Of a DNA stretch of 38,046 bases, positions 22,705-35,626 are shown in pieces; position 1 is the stretch's first letter; each line of letters begins with the position of its first letter. Source of the DNA: Octopus sinensis (taxonomy: Eukaryota). The notes beneath the pieces are model-generated. The model had not been told where the DNA came from and searched no databases. It worked only from the letters and a program-made list of their open reading frames with translations. The translations under genes were made by a program, and so were the position numbers. The DNA lies in assembly GCF_006345805.1 (NCBI RefSeq), contig NW_021835835.1, forward strand, positions 1 through 38,046. The letters run 5' to 3'.

Positions 22705-22817
22705 TTATTATTACTATTATTATTACTATGATTATTATTATTACTATTATTATTATTATTATTACTATTATTATTATTATCATTATTATTATTATTACTA
22801 TAATAATAATAATAATA

Positions 22818-22853
<36 letters not shown>

Positions 22854-23008
22854 GTTATTACTTTTATTATTACTATTATTATTATTATTATTTTTATTAT
22901 CATCATCCTCATTACTATTAATAGTATTATCATCATCATTACTATTAGGAATAGTAATAGTAGAAGCAGTGTAGGTGGTGATGGTAGTATTAGTAGTAGT
23001 GTTAGTAT

Positions 23009-23040
<32 letters not shown>

Positions 23041-23055
23041 ATGGTGGTGGTGGTA
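22458..23055. repeat. Long (ATT)n array grading into (AGT)n/(GGT)n
   Basis: Direct reading. Confidence 0.97.
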
Positions 23056-23652
23056 GTGAAGGCGTTTGGTGGTGTTGTCGAATTACTGTTGGTGCTGCTG
23101 TTATTTTTATCAGCAAATTCATCGTCAAACTGAATACCAACATCAGTAACATGTCTATCAACAGCATCATTTTGATTGTGATGAATCTCGCTTATCTCTA
23201 ATGTTGCAGGCTGTGTACGTGTGTACGTGTGTACGTGTGTATGTGTGTGTGTGTGCGTTCGTATATGGAGTATTGCGTTCTCTATATCTCTTGTTTAATC
23301 ATTGGAGGTCAGCAATGCAAGATGTTTGTGTGATTATTGATCCACGCAGGTTTTCCTGATTCAGCCTGATACCGAAGACACACAGCAATGCTGACAACTT
23401 GAAATATTCATGGCGATGCGATGGTAAATATTATTAAACGATAATTTCAATTCTCTTTACTCCAACCGAGTATAACCTTACTCGGAGTTAGATGTAGATT
23501 TGTACCGAAGCAAAAGGTTGTTGCTCAACGACAGCTTGTCAAAAGAAATGAATACCCCAACTGCGCTGTGATTAAGGGAGACTAGAACAACAGTTTAGAA
23601 ACACGTTTCGATTGTATGGTATTAGTCTATGAGAGATGGGTTGAAAAATATT

Positions 23653-23819
23653 GTGGCCGTGTGGTGAGTAGCTTGCTTACCAACCACATGGTTCCGTTTT
23701 CTGTCCCACTGCGTGGCACCTTGGTCAAGTGTCTTTTGCTATAGCCTCGGGCCGACCAAAACCTTGTGAGTAGATTTGGTAGACGGAAACTGAAAAGAAG
23801 CCCGTCGTATATATGTATG
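23653..23819 (+). mobile_element. 5' half of family-A SINE
   Basis: gtggccgtgtggtgagtagcttgcttaccaaccacatggttcc...ggcaccttggtcaagtgtctt...gacggaaactgaaa; reverse complement of 20125-20289. Confidence 0.9.
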
Positions 23820-23825
23820 CCTTTT

Positions 23826-23922
23826 TGAACAAATAAACACACAAAACGCCTGGCCTGGGAATCGAAACCGCGATCCTCCGACCGCAAGTCCGCTGCCCTA
23901 ACCACTGGACCATTGCACCTCC
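23826..23922 (-). mobile_element. tRNA-like head of family-C SINE
   Basis: Minus strand GGTGCAATGGTCCAGTGGTTAGGGCAGCGGACTTGCGGTCGGAGGATCGCGGTTTCGATTCCCAGGCC. Confidence 0.85.
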
Positions 23923-23950
23923 ACACACACATATATATATGCACGCACGC

Positions 23951-23951
23951 A

Positions 23952-24048
<97 letters not shown>

Positions 24049-24061
24049 GTCTATCTATCTG

Positions 24062-24120
<59 letters not shown>

Positions 24121-24149
24121 GTCTATCTATCTATCTATCTATCTGTCTG

Positions 24150-24213
<64 letters not shown>

Positions 24214-24238
24214 CCTATCTATCTATCTATCTATCTAT
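23951..24238. repeat. (TATC)n microsatellite
   Basis: Direct reading. Confidence 0.97.
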
Positions 24239-24867
24239 CCCCCTCTTTCACATTTCCTGGCTTTCTCTTCATGCTCACTTTCTCTCCTATTTCACTTCAC
24301 TGTGTCCCTCTCATTTTTTTATCGCTCCTCTTTAATTCTTCTATCCCTCTGCCTCCACCTCTCTCTCTCTCTCTTCTCTCCCCACGTGACCGGTGTTCGG
24401 CCAAGTCTGACCTCTCTTTCTTGGTTCGACTAAATCCGTGCAACATCTATATTCCTCCTTGTACCTGCCAAATCTTATGTCCCTGCCGAAAGGTTTTACT
24501 TTCGCACACATCAGCTTAATTTAATTCGTCCTATTGTTATGTCCTGTTATTTGCATTCGTATTTGTATAACATTTCTCCGCTAGTTTTCGTCCTTGTTTT
24601 CGTATACATTCGCTGCTTTATTCCAAAGAATCTAATGCTCTTAGCTTAGTTTTTCCTTGAGCTGGCCAGATTGGAGCAATCTCGAATATAACCAGCCGAG
24701 ATTACAAAGATTATCTGGAACTCGACTGTGGAAAGATAACTCCGGATTACCCGTCCTTGTTTTCTTTGTATCATCTGTCTGGATGTCTTGCGTTCTCATC
24801 CTATATATATATATATATAATTATATGTATATAAGTATATATGGACTGCTGAACTTTCTACAGTTTT

Positions 24868-25025
24868 TTCTTTCTCTGTTTCTTTATTTCTTCTTATTAC
24901 TTTTTTATTGAAGAGCGTATGCCCGAAACGTAAAAGACTTTTTCATTTTTCTCAAGTGTCAAACTAATACACTTGCTGGTTGTTCATATACCTGTCTTTG
25001 TCTTTTGAATCTTTGTTTTTCAACA
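24868..25025 (+). mobile_element. Second copy of the repeat at 22021, with TTGAAGAGC-gtat-GCCC-GAAACGTA motif
   Basis: Direct similarity to 22021-22150. Confidence 0.6.
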
Positions 25026-25083
25026 CACATGCACAAAGATATGTATATATATAAATACATATATATACATGCATATATATACA

Positions 25084-25116
<33 letters not shown>

Positions 25117-25165
25117 GTATTTATACAGATATATACGTACATATGTACATATATATATGTGTCTG

Positions 25166-25216
<51 letters not shown>

Positions 25217-25555
25217 CCATGTATATATATATAAGCATCCACTTATATGTGTGCGTGTGTATATCTGTGTGTAATATGTATATCTATATATGTGCGTGTA
25301 TGTGTATATCTGCACGTCTGTACGTGTGTATGTGATGGTCAACTCATAGATTCGTCACTCAAAACGAGAAATATGGACAGGAAAGTATTTAATAAGTTTT
25401 TGGTAGATAATAGAAAAACCAGATAGAATTTCTTGTACTGCCAATCTCCGTTCATTTTGCTACTGGCATGACTAGTTTCTGAAAAGGCGTTTAACTGTCA
25501 GGACTGTCAATAATCTCAGAATGCATATTTCATGTAACCAAACCATTTTCTCTTA

Positions 25556-25700
25556 CAGTTCTATATTTCTGAGTGGAAGAATTATATTATGTAGTGTTTA
25601 TATCAGTCGGAGGGGTGTCTTCCTCTTTGAGTGTTGATTTCACTACGTTTCAGCGGTGTATTCTCGGGTCTTCTTCAGGTGACTTGTGATTCCAGAAATA
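25556..25700 (-). mobile_element. Relative of the 7708 element carrying a minimal hammerhead-like motif
   Basis: Same terminus tacagttctatatt...gaattat as the 7708/8060 inverted repeats; minus strand 25682-25640 reads TCAC-CTGAAGA-(20 nt)-GAAACGTA-GTGA. Confidence 0.6.
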
Positions 25701-25877
25701 CAGAATTTTATTATCCAGTCGGTAGGGAACCGACATAAGAATATCAATGGAGGTTTATAAGACTTAAAAATTTACTCAGAAACTGCCTGTGCGTGTAGCG
25801 TAGTGGATAAAGGCGTTGTTTAATGCAATGTGGTCATCTACAATTTTCGAGTTCCATCCCAGGCATATTGTTTATAA

Positions 25878-26472
25878 TCTTTCTTGTTTCAGTCATTTCA
25901 TTCCAGCCATGCTGGGGCACCCCTGTCAAGGGTTTAACCTAGCAAATCCACATGAGTACTTCTGCTTTTACGTTTGGTACACATTGCAATATTCTTTTTT
26001 TCACAGAAAACTCTAAGTTACAAAGGCTTAAACAAACCAACATCGGTTGTAAAGCGGTGACAGGGTCAAGCAAAAAGACATAGACACTTACTCACTCACT
26101 CACTCACTAAATTATAACTATTAATTAAGTCAGATTCGCAAGGAGCCATGAAAGCGTCGATTTTTGAGGTCGATTCTGCCTGAGTATAGCTCATCATTTT
26201 TCAGTCACTTGCTTATATTTAAAAATTGTCGCTTCAAATCGCAGAGTAAATATCATTATGATATATATCATACACAGTTATATATAAATATATATATGTA
26301 TATATACACGTCGGAAATCCATAGAGTTTCTGTCTTACGATATTCACTTACAAAGAATTGGTCGACCCGAGGCGGCAGTAGAGGACACTTGATCAAGTTG
26401 CGGTGCAGCAGGGCTGAACCAAAGCCAAGTACTTGCATAGTAAGCATCTTAAACATACAACCATGTCTGCGC
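25878..26472 (-). mobile_element. Old, diverged family-A SINE (3' half 25878-26080, 5' half 26308-26472)
   Basis: ttgtttcagtcattt..gccatgctggggcacc; catcggttgt; ttggtcgacccgaggc..gacacttg..caag. Confidence 0.65.
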
Positions 26473-26987
26473 TTTTAATGTCTAATATTACTTCATATCA
26501 AAGCCCTTTAGCCATGAAGTCCTTCACGATGTAATGGTATCTAAATATGGCCGCTAAGAATAGGAAGGCTACTTAAAAATCCGTGTCGGACTCGTAAGTA
26601 CAATGAAAAGCATTTTAAATGCAAACGCAAACAATGATTCTTATTTTTTTGATTTTAAATTTAATTGTTAAAATTTTTCTTGACCACATGGAACTTATTC
26701 GGTTTCCATAACGGATAATGACAAAGATCAAAATGTTCCCTCTAAATGAGACGCCGGTTCGTTGCGGGACTCAAAGCGTGTAATTTTGAGGAGAAGGGGC
26801 AACTGGACTACATCGACCCCCGTACTTGATCGGTTCTATATTTTATCGACTTCCGAAAGGCAAAATTGGCCCCCAGCTGGATTTGAACACAAAACGTAAA
26901 GAGCCCGAAGATATGATTCTAAGCATTTCGTCCGACGCAATGACAATCCTTACAACTTAAATATAAATATACAGATATAGAAAGAGG

Positions 26988-27083
<96 letters not shown>

Positions 27084-27130
27084 AACAGGTGCTGAGACAT
27101 TCAGACAGACAGGCAGATGGACAGGTGGTC

Positions 27131-27180
<50 letters not shown>

Positions 27181-27353
27181 GTTTCTTTATTGGCCACACA
27201 GGGCTGCACACAGGTGGGACAAGTTACAAGGTAGAGCTTTTCTTTTGGGGGATGAAAAAAACAAAAAACAAAAGAAACAAAAAAAAGGGGGTGGCGTAGG
27301 TTTTCGATCAAGAGGGATCGTAAAAGGGAAGTAAAGAACAAAAAAAAAATAAA

Positions 27354-27425
<72 letters not shown>

Positions 27426-27488
27426 ATACATACATACATACATACATACATACATACATACATACATACATACATACATACATACATA
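26988..27488. repeat. (GATA)n/(GACA)n/(TACA)n field interrupted by a LINE 3' end
   Basis: Direct reading. Confidence 0.95.
27181..27353 (-). mobile_element. 5'-truncated 3' UTR copy of the Tx1-like LINE
   Basis: Minus strand ttacgatccctcttgatcgaaaa..aaaagaaaagctctaccttgtaa..tgtgtgcagccctgtgtggccaataaagaaac matches ~33635-33752; (GATA)n on both sides. Confidence 0.92.
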
Positions 27489-27714
27489 GAGTGTTTTTTA
27501 TAATAGAATGAAAGCACAAATAAGAGAATAAAAAGAATCGATGGAATGGACATGAATGGAATACCTTCGTTTAAAAGTCTTCTAGATCTGAACGTATCTT
27601 GGTCTTTAAAAACCACAATTGTCAAGAGAAAGATGAGTCACCGGTTAAGCTTCTTCGTGGTCGTCGGACAGGCTGAAGGCAGCAGCTATATATCTCTTGA
27701 ATTTTACGGCTTTT

Positions 27715-27882
27715 CTTTTTCACTTCTCCCAGACTGTGGCCATGCTGGCGGACCATCTGGAAGAGTTTAGTCGAACAAATCACACCTAGGACTTATCTCG
27801 TACTCATTTTGCCAGACAACTAGCGCCCGGGGCCGTAAGTATACCAACACCGTTGTACAAGCAATGGCGAGGAAAAAAACAC
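27715..27882 (-). mobile_element. 3' half of a diverged family-A SINE, split by the LINE
   Basis: gactgtggccatgctgg..tttagtcgaacaaat..ggacttat..caagcaatggcg matches 19917-20070. Confidence 0.7.
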
Positions 27883-27884
27883 TC

Positions 27885-28167
27885 TATGTATGTATGTATG
27901 TATGTATGTAGGTATGTATGTATGCATGTATGTATGTATGTATGTGTGTATGTATGCATGTATGATGTATGTATGTATGTATGTAAGTATGTATGTATGT
28001 ATGTATGTGTGTGTGTGTCTGCCTGTATGTATGTATGTATGTATGTATGTATGTTTGTATGTATGTGTGTATGTATGCATGCATGTATGTATGTATGTAT
28101 CTATCTATCTATGTATCTATGTGACCATCTGCCTATCTACCTGTCTGTCTGAATGTCTCCTCACATG

Positions 28168-28234
<67 letters not shown>
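27885..28234. repeat. (TATG)n/(TATC)n microsatellite
   Basis: Direct reading. Confidence 0.95.
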
Positions 28235-28235
<1 letters not shown>

Positions 28236-28342
28236 AAGCCGCCTACCAAAGCAACACCGCCAACACCAACACCACTACTACGACGTCAAATGCTACATCT
28301 AAGCCTTCTGCTGCTAATACCGCCAACACCAACACCACTACC

Positions 28343-29910
28343 ATGACTTCAATTAACACTGCCACAATTAACACTTCTACTGCCAAATTCAAAACGAATT
28401 TTGCGGACGTAACAAAACAAAAAAGAACAATTGTAACATTCACCACACAAGAGATAAACCGCACAAAGGCACTCTTCTCCAAAGAAGGAGACAAATTGCC
28501 CCTTCACATTCCACAACACATCGTGGAAAACACACACAAAAAAACAATAATTTATAAAGTAATAAACAAAAAAACAAGAAGAACAGAAAATGCACCGCAG
28601 GAAAAAATCGAAAAATGCCTTCGTCCTGTATGGGACTCCAAGGAATATATCAGTTGGGGAAACAAATTTGGTACAGTCCAAGTACGTTTCCTCAACGAAA
28701 GTTTAGCAAAACGTTTTTCCATATTGGAGCTGCATTCGGACGACTTGGTAATGATACCAGTCTATTTAAACAAAAGGGTCACGAAAGTCCAAATAAAAAA
28801 CATACCACTTGAAGTCGAAACACAATGGTTGGTCTCTGCCATCTGCTTTGAAATGACAGAGACAATGTCAGAGACAAACATCCTTGAAATCGCGGTTCTA
28901 GGAGAGAAAGACTATGTGGACAAATCAATCGAATTCCTGCTTCAATTGGATGAAGCAGCAAGAGAGAAGATACCCACCGCTATAGAACTGCCAGGAGGCT
29001 ACAAACTCTATATAGTGGTAGAGGGCAGGCGACCACGCTGCTATTTGTGTGGAAGCGAAACACACTTGAAAAAGACGTGCCCAACCACTGCACACCAAGA
29101 GCAACAACAACAACCACTACCACAACCAAAGCACTCCGGAAAAAAAGCTCTACTACCCACACCACCATCAACATAGAAGACGACAAGAGAAGCACACCAA
29201 GCTAATCCGTCATCAACCAAAAACCACTCAACACCTGAAAAAATACCAACACCACCAAACAGCCAAACCCCAAAGAACAGAAAAACAAAGAAAACACACA
29301 CAAACTGATCCCCCATCCCTTATACCGCACTCAACACACACAAACACTCAACAACCAACAACAACGAAAACAACAACACAACCACTTACACAGACATACA
29401 TAGAAGCCCACAACATACCCCTACCCCCTACTGATTCCTCAGAAATTTCGTCGGAAGACGAAACCAGTGAGGAGTGGCAAATAGCTACAAAAAGAAGGAA
29501 AATAAAGAGCAGAAACAACCAAACCAAATGCAAACACGAACAAAGCAGGGGGAAATACATCTCCCGAAGACATTTCAAAACCCAACGCAAACAACAGCCA
29601 CACCAACACCACAAAAATATATACAGCAAACATGCTCACAGCTATAGACACCAAAAACACAAATTTGATGGAATACATCCAATCAAAAACATACATAACA
29701 GAAGATGACATAAAAACAAACAATCACCCATACACAGCACCACCAGACCACATCAAAATATTACACATCTCCAAAAGTCTGCACCACACACTCAAAGGCA
29801 TTTTCCCCAGCGCGGTTGGTAAATGCCAAAAATATCTCACAAAGAAACTGTACTGGGATCTCCTCGAGGACAAACCAAAGGAGGAGAAAGCAAAAACTTT
29901 CGAGCAGTAA
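28343..29910 (+). pseudogene. LINE ORF1 (zinc-knuckle nucleic-acid-binding protein), frameshifted after ~29170
   Basis: NFADVTK N-terminal motif; CYLCGSETHLKKTC (CX2CX4HX4C); Pro/Thr/Lys-rich linker; C-terminal block 29632-29910. True start uncertain because the frame is open back to 28235. Confidence 0.85.
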
Positions 29911-29954
29911 GTAACCCTCTGTTCCTTTCACTTGTATTCTAATTCATTAGGACT

Positions 29955-32900
29955 ATGATCAAGATTGGTTGTGTAAATGCGCGTGGCTTGGGGTGCCCTT
30001 GGAAACAAGGGTACCTCTTAAATGACATACAGTCACACGGGTTAGAAATCATAGCCATAAGTGAGACCAGACTCCACAATCCGCGGGCCCTAAAGACCAT
30101 GTTTGGCGGACAGTTCAACATTTATTTTCACCCCTGTCTGCCGAGAATGGGCGGTAGTGGCACCGCGGTACTTTTTCACAAGAGTCTGGATCTCAAAGTA
30201 AGGACAATATTCGTAGAGCCGGAGGGTAGACTGGTCGTCCTGGATGTCGACGGCAGCAATGGGTGCGCTTTTCGACTCGTATCAGTCTACGCACCGCCCT
30301 TAACAGGTCGGGCGGATTTCTTTCAACGTCTAGAAGTATTCTTGGGAACGTCTCGTCCTTTACTCTTAGTGGGGGATTGGAATGCTACCTTGGACACGCA
30401 TGTAGACTACGTGGGTAGAGATAGGAATAGACGGGGATGCAAATGCCTCAGAGACCTGCTCAGACGCTTTCAACTGTCTGACAGGTTCCGACTAGACCAC
30501 CCGAATGCGCCAACGTGGACATGGAGCAACCGCATCGGGTCGTCGAGATCGTATCTAGATAGGATACTGTGTAGGACAGTAGACAGAGATAGCATAGGAT
30601 GTCCACAATTCCACATAGTCAGCTACACGGATCACAAACTTGTGACATGTACGCTAGACTTAGGTAAGACACTTAGGCAGGGTCCCGGATACTGGAAACT
30701 AACGCGTCTTTCCCATCGAGACAGGTTTTCAGAGACCGGATTAGCACACTAGTAAAGAGGGCTTTGACGGGAGCCATCATCAACAACAAATGGTGGTTTG
30801 CCCTCAAGAGAGCAGTAAAAGCAGAAGCGATTAGGTACAGCAAAGCACTAGCCATAGATAGAAATAGAGTAGAGGGTGAGCTAGTTAAGAAGCTAGAAGA
30901 GGCAATTAGAAGCGGCATCGCATCCGACGTTTTGGCGGTGAGGTTGGCCCTCGACCAACACTTCAACGCCAAACACGAAGGATGCGCTGTCAGAGCTAGG
31001 ATGCGTGCTCTAAGGAACGAAGGTGTTGGAGCCGCGAGAGAGGCCCGGGTGGCAGAGGCGCAACAGGGCAACAAAGCCACCATTCGGTCCCTGGTAGATG
31101 AACAGAGGCGCGAATTGCTCGAGCCAAGTAAAATGTGTGAGGCCTTTCAGCAGCATTTTGCCCGACTGTTCGGAACGAGTGGAGGGCAAGAACGTAGGGT
31201 GGACTTCAGTGCCTACCTACATAGCCTACCACGACTCTCGACAAGAAAGGCAGGGTGCTGCGAAGGTGCCATCACGGCGGCGGAAGTGCAGGAAGCGATG
31301 GCAGAATGCTCGGGGACAAATCACCGGGTTTGGATGGTCTACCCTACGAGCTTTACAATTGTATGCCAGACTTGTTTGGAGATCTCTTAGCGGCGGTGTA
31401 CTGCAACTGGCAGCAAAACGGGAGCATTCCTGGTTTTGTGAGCCGAGGAGCGTAACACTGCTGAAGAAAGATCTAAACAAGGGAAATGTAATAGATAACT
31501 TTAGGCCCATCACTCTGCTTAATGCAGACTTGAAAATTTTGGCCAAGGTGCTAGCCAAGAGGTTGGCGCTTGTCATCGAGAAACTGGTCGACAAGGCGAA
31601 CATGCGCCGTGCCAGGCGCGGACCATCCATGACAACCTCCACCTGATGCGCTACATCATAGACAGGGTAGTTAACGAACCTGGCATGGGTGGGGCGCTGA
31701 TCAATTTGGATCAATCGAAAGCTTTCGATAGGGTGGACCATCGATACTTGGAGGCGGTCCTCGGAGCGGCTGGCTTCGGTCCCGTCTTCCGCGGCTGGAT
31801 AGCCGCTTTGTACAGAGGCATCTGTTCGGTAATTCGCGTGAATGGACATCTATCGAGACCCTTCGACATCGCACGTTCGGTCCGTCAGGGATGCCCCCTC
31901 TCGTCGCTTCTATACGTATTGACTCTCGAGCCATTATTGCGGAAGCTGGCAACCTTGAGAGGCATCCCGCGAGAACTGGGATGCGGGACGAGCGTGTCTG
32001 CATACGCAGACGACGTCACCGTCATAGTGTCTAGCCACGAGCACATCGAGCTGGTCGGCGAGACACTGAAAAACTACGAAGCGGTGACAGGAGCGAAAAT
32101 CAACCGGGAAAAGTCAGTGGGCTTGCGACTAGGCACCTGGAGAAGCAAGCCCATGCCGTCCACCAGCGCCTCCGTCGTGGGACGCTGGACCGACGGCCCG
32201 GTTGAGTTGCTCGGGGTCTGGTTTGGTCCGGACCTCCAAGTGGAGAAGAACTGGAACGAGATAACGAGTAGGGTGGTCACTCTCGCCCGGCAATGGGCCG
32301 AGAGGAAACTGTCCCTAAAAGGTCGGGCGGAGGTGGCGAACACGTACATCACGTCCGTCATCTACTACCGCCTGACCGTCGTACCTTGTCCCGACCCTAC
32401 TATCACCAAACTACAACGCATTCTCTTTCGCTTCTTGTGGAAAGGATGCGTCCCGATGGTCAGGCGATCCATTTGCTGTCAACACCCGTTAAAAGGAGGG
32501 CTGGGCATGCCGTGGTTGATGATGCGCAGACACGCGCTGAGACTGCGACATCTCTGGCTTTATGTAGACGACGGTGAACAGGTGTGGTCGCCGTTTGTGA
32601 GGCACGCTTTCAGCAGCTCGTCTCCATGACCGAACTGCAGTCGTGGATCAAAAAGAGGCCGAGGAAGGGCGAATGGCACCGCGAGTGTTGCGTTGCTCTC
32701 AAGCAACTCTGCCGTCCTGGGTCGACCTTGAGTGACTTCAACACAACCAAAGCATTCTATAGGGGTTTAGTGGAGGGGAGGTACGACGTCGAGCTCGGGG
32801 CGAACCTGGACGTCGACGAGGAGTACCTGACCCACCTGTTCAGGACGACTTTCGGGCCAGGGACCATGGACAACTTCAGAGATCCCTGGCCTGGCAGTGC

Positions 32901-33389
32901 TAACGAGAAGCGCTACCGTTCGGGATAAGCTCTACAGACACGGCTCGAGAAAGAAACACGGGGCCGACCTGCCCGAGATGCGGTCAGAGCGACGAAACCG
33001 TTCTGCACGCACTCGTGCAGTGTCCAACAATTTCCGACACTGTGGGCATGTCGAACAACTGCTGTCACGTGTGGGACGAGTCGGTTTATCAGCTGAGTCT
33101 ATCGTCAATATTGTCACGGCTCCTTCCTTCAAACGGGAAGGAAGAGCTATTTTCATCATCCTTGTGGCTATGGCGAAAGAATGTATCTGGTGGACGCGTC
33201 TGAAAGGATTGGAGACAAACACTTTCCTCTCTGGTCAATCTCTCATCAACTTCTTCAAGTACCACTTGAAAAGGAAAGTGAGAGTAGAGAGGCAAGGTTT
33301 TGTCTAGCGAATGTTTTAAAAAAAGATGGGTGAATGTAGCAAGAATGGCACGTATGAATGACGAAGCCACCTTGAGCATGATCCTATGA
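29955..33389 (+). pseudogene. LINE ORF2: APE endonuclease plus reverse transcriptase, split by roughly ten frameshifts
   Basis: CVNARGL, ISETRL, SVYAP, VGDWN, SYLDR, TDHK (APE); KSPGLDG, NFRPITLLNADLKILAK, LDQSKAFDRVDH, VRQGCPLS, AYADD, GGLG (RT); CPRCG..ETVLHALVQC across frameshifts. Confidence 0.95.
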
Positions 33390-33754
33390 ACCCAGAATTG
33401 AAACAGAGAGTTGCTTATTCGCCAAAAAAAAAAAAAAGAAATATAACATGTGACTCCATTGACCGAGGTTACCGTGGTCTTTTCCGTAGGCTTTTCTTTC
33501 CACGGGTAACCTCACCTGTCCTCCCCTTTACACTTCATATTGACATTTCTGTGATAACGATCCCTATTGATCATTTTTTTTTTTTCCTCTCCCCTTTTTT
33601 TTTAAGCCCCCTTTGTTTTGTCCTCTTTCTTCTCTTACGATCCCTTTTGATCGAAAATCCCCTTCCTTTTTTTTTTTTTAAACCTTCAAAAGAAAAGCTC
33701 TACCTTGTAATTTGTTCTATCTGTGTGCAGCCCTGTGTGGCTAATAAAGAAACA

Positions 33755-33826
<72 letters not shown>

Positions 33827-33932
33827 CACTATCTACCTACCTACCTACCCACCTACCTACCTACCCACCTACCTACCTACCTACCTACCTACCTACCTAC
33901 CCACCTACCTACCTACCTACCTACCTACCTAC

Positions 33933-33998
<66 letters not shown>
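33755..33998. repeat. (TATC)n/(TACC)n microsatellite
   Basis: Direct reading. Confidence 0.97.
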
Positions 33999-33999
<1 letters not shown>

Positions 34000-34146
34000 C
34001 GACAGGTTTCCATATAGTTCCCGTTTAACAAATTAAATCTCACAAACTATTGTTCAACCTGGGGGTCATTCACTTATTGTGCCACGCACCCGAATCGATA
34101 TGGTTGGGAAGCAAACTTTCTTAATGACAAAAGCACGCATGTGCCT
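33999..34146 (-). mobile_element. 5' half of the diverged family-A SINE split by the LINE
   Basis: acgacaggtttc..agttcccgt..caaat..ctcacaa..gtgccacgca..atggttgggaagcaaact matches 20127-20289. Confidence 0.65.
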
Positions 34147-34559
34147 GTATACCATTAAGGCAAAAAAAACCCAAAAAAAACAAAAACAGGACCACTAGTT
34201 TGCGTTATAAGGAAGATTTCACAGGTATTTTTCACTGGACTGGCTTTCACTGAATTCTGCTAGTCATTCGGTAAGTTAGAGGAAATGAGACGGAAGTGTA
34301 TTCGTTATGTAATAATACTTTTCGCTGACTTTTGACTGCTGATGTGTTATAGGTTAACAACAACGGAAATCTTCACAGGCTTAGAACTCAAATACGTACT
34401 TATGCACGCAAAAATACAGAAAAAGGATGCAAACACACATGTATGTACACAGTCTCATACGTAGATATGCTACGTATATACTTGCAATATACGCGTAGAT
34501 ATATTTATATCTACCAACATAATTACTATATTACGTCTATGAATATATAAATATACTTG

Positions 34560-34597
<38 letters not shown>

Positions 34598-34789
34598 TAG
34601 ACATGAATAGAAAGAACCACTTATACGCCATTAATATATACGAAAGCAACATGCGTGTGTGTATATAAGGATGTGATTGCATGTGTATATATAATTGTGT
34701 GCGTCCATATATATTTACGACTTTATATACTGCAAATATGTGTGTGTGAGTAGGCATACACATACACACACAGAAACATATATGCATAA

Positions 34790-35045
<256 letters not shown>

Positions 35046-35589
35046 TTATGAGTGTATATAGCTGTATATATAATTAAAAACTGTTTATTAATTCCTTGTA
35101 GTTAAAAATGGCATAAATAATTATTTCTTCGTATAAAATTCATATGAATACATCAAATCATACATTCACTGATATTATGTGATATTTCGAATCATTGCTT
35201 ACATAATCTATTGAGAAATATTATTGAAATATATGTTTACCTATTATAACCTCAGTAAATACGAGGAAATGTTATTTACATATTAATACCCAATTCCAGA
35301 TATTAGACCACGTCAAGCTCCAGTTATTTTGGTTATATGATTTGTGCAATGTTTTCGTTTCTGTCAGAAATTATTAATTTGTGAACATATTATTTTCGAT
35401 TGCCAAATAAGAGATTAGCTACTAATATGCTGGTTACATATTCAGATAATTTGCCTTTCTAATTTCATATTTGGTTTTTCAACTCCTTAATTTATGAGAA
35501 TATAAACAAACAATCACCGGTAGCCAAGCCATGGTGCATAATACATATATAAAAACGCACACACTTCATATTTTTTCTCTACTTTTATT

Positions 35590-35626
<37 letters not shown>

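Larger units (their letters stand above)
28235..33754 (+). mobile_element. Near full-length L1-group (Tx1-like) non-LTR retrotransposon
   Basis: ORF1 with CCHC knuckle, ORF2 with APE, RT and C-terminal Cys/His motif, pyrimidine-rich 3' UTR ending aataaagaaaca; (TATC)n directly on both sides. Confidence 0.95.

Noticed and set aside
22372-23201. Poly-Ile/Tyr/Leu ORFs and the similar YI/IY, THT and NNN ORFs throughout
   Set aside because: Microsatellite translations.
27890-28234. N-terminal part of the 428-aa ORF (MYVC/YLSI repeats)
   Set aside because: Translation of (TATG)n/(TATC)n that happens to be in frame with LINE ORF1.
30673-33379. Antisense ORFs over LINE ORF2
   Set aside because: Expected shadows of a GC-rich coding region.
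33386-34036. 216-aa ORF after ORF2 as a putative ORF3
   Set aside because: Runs through the pyrimidine-rich 3' UTR and microsatellite; low complexity.
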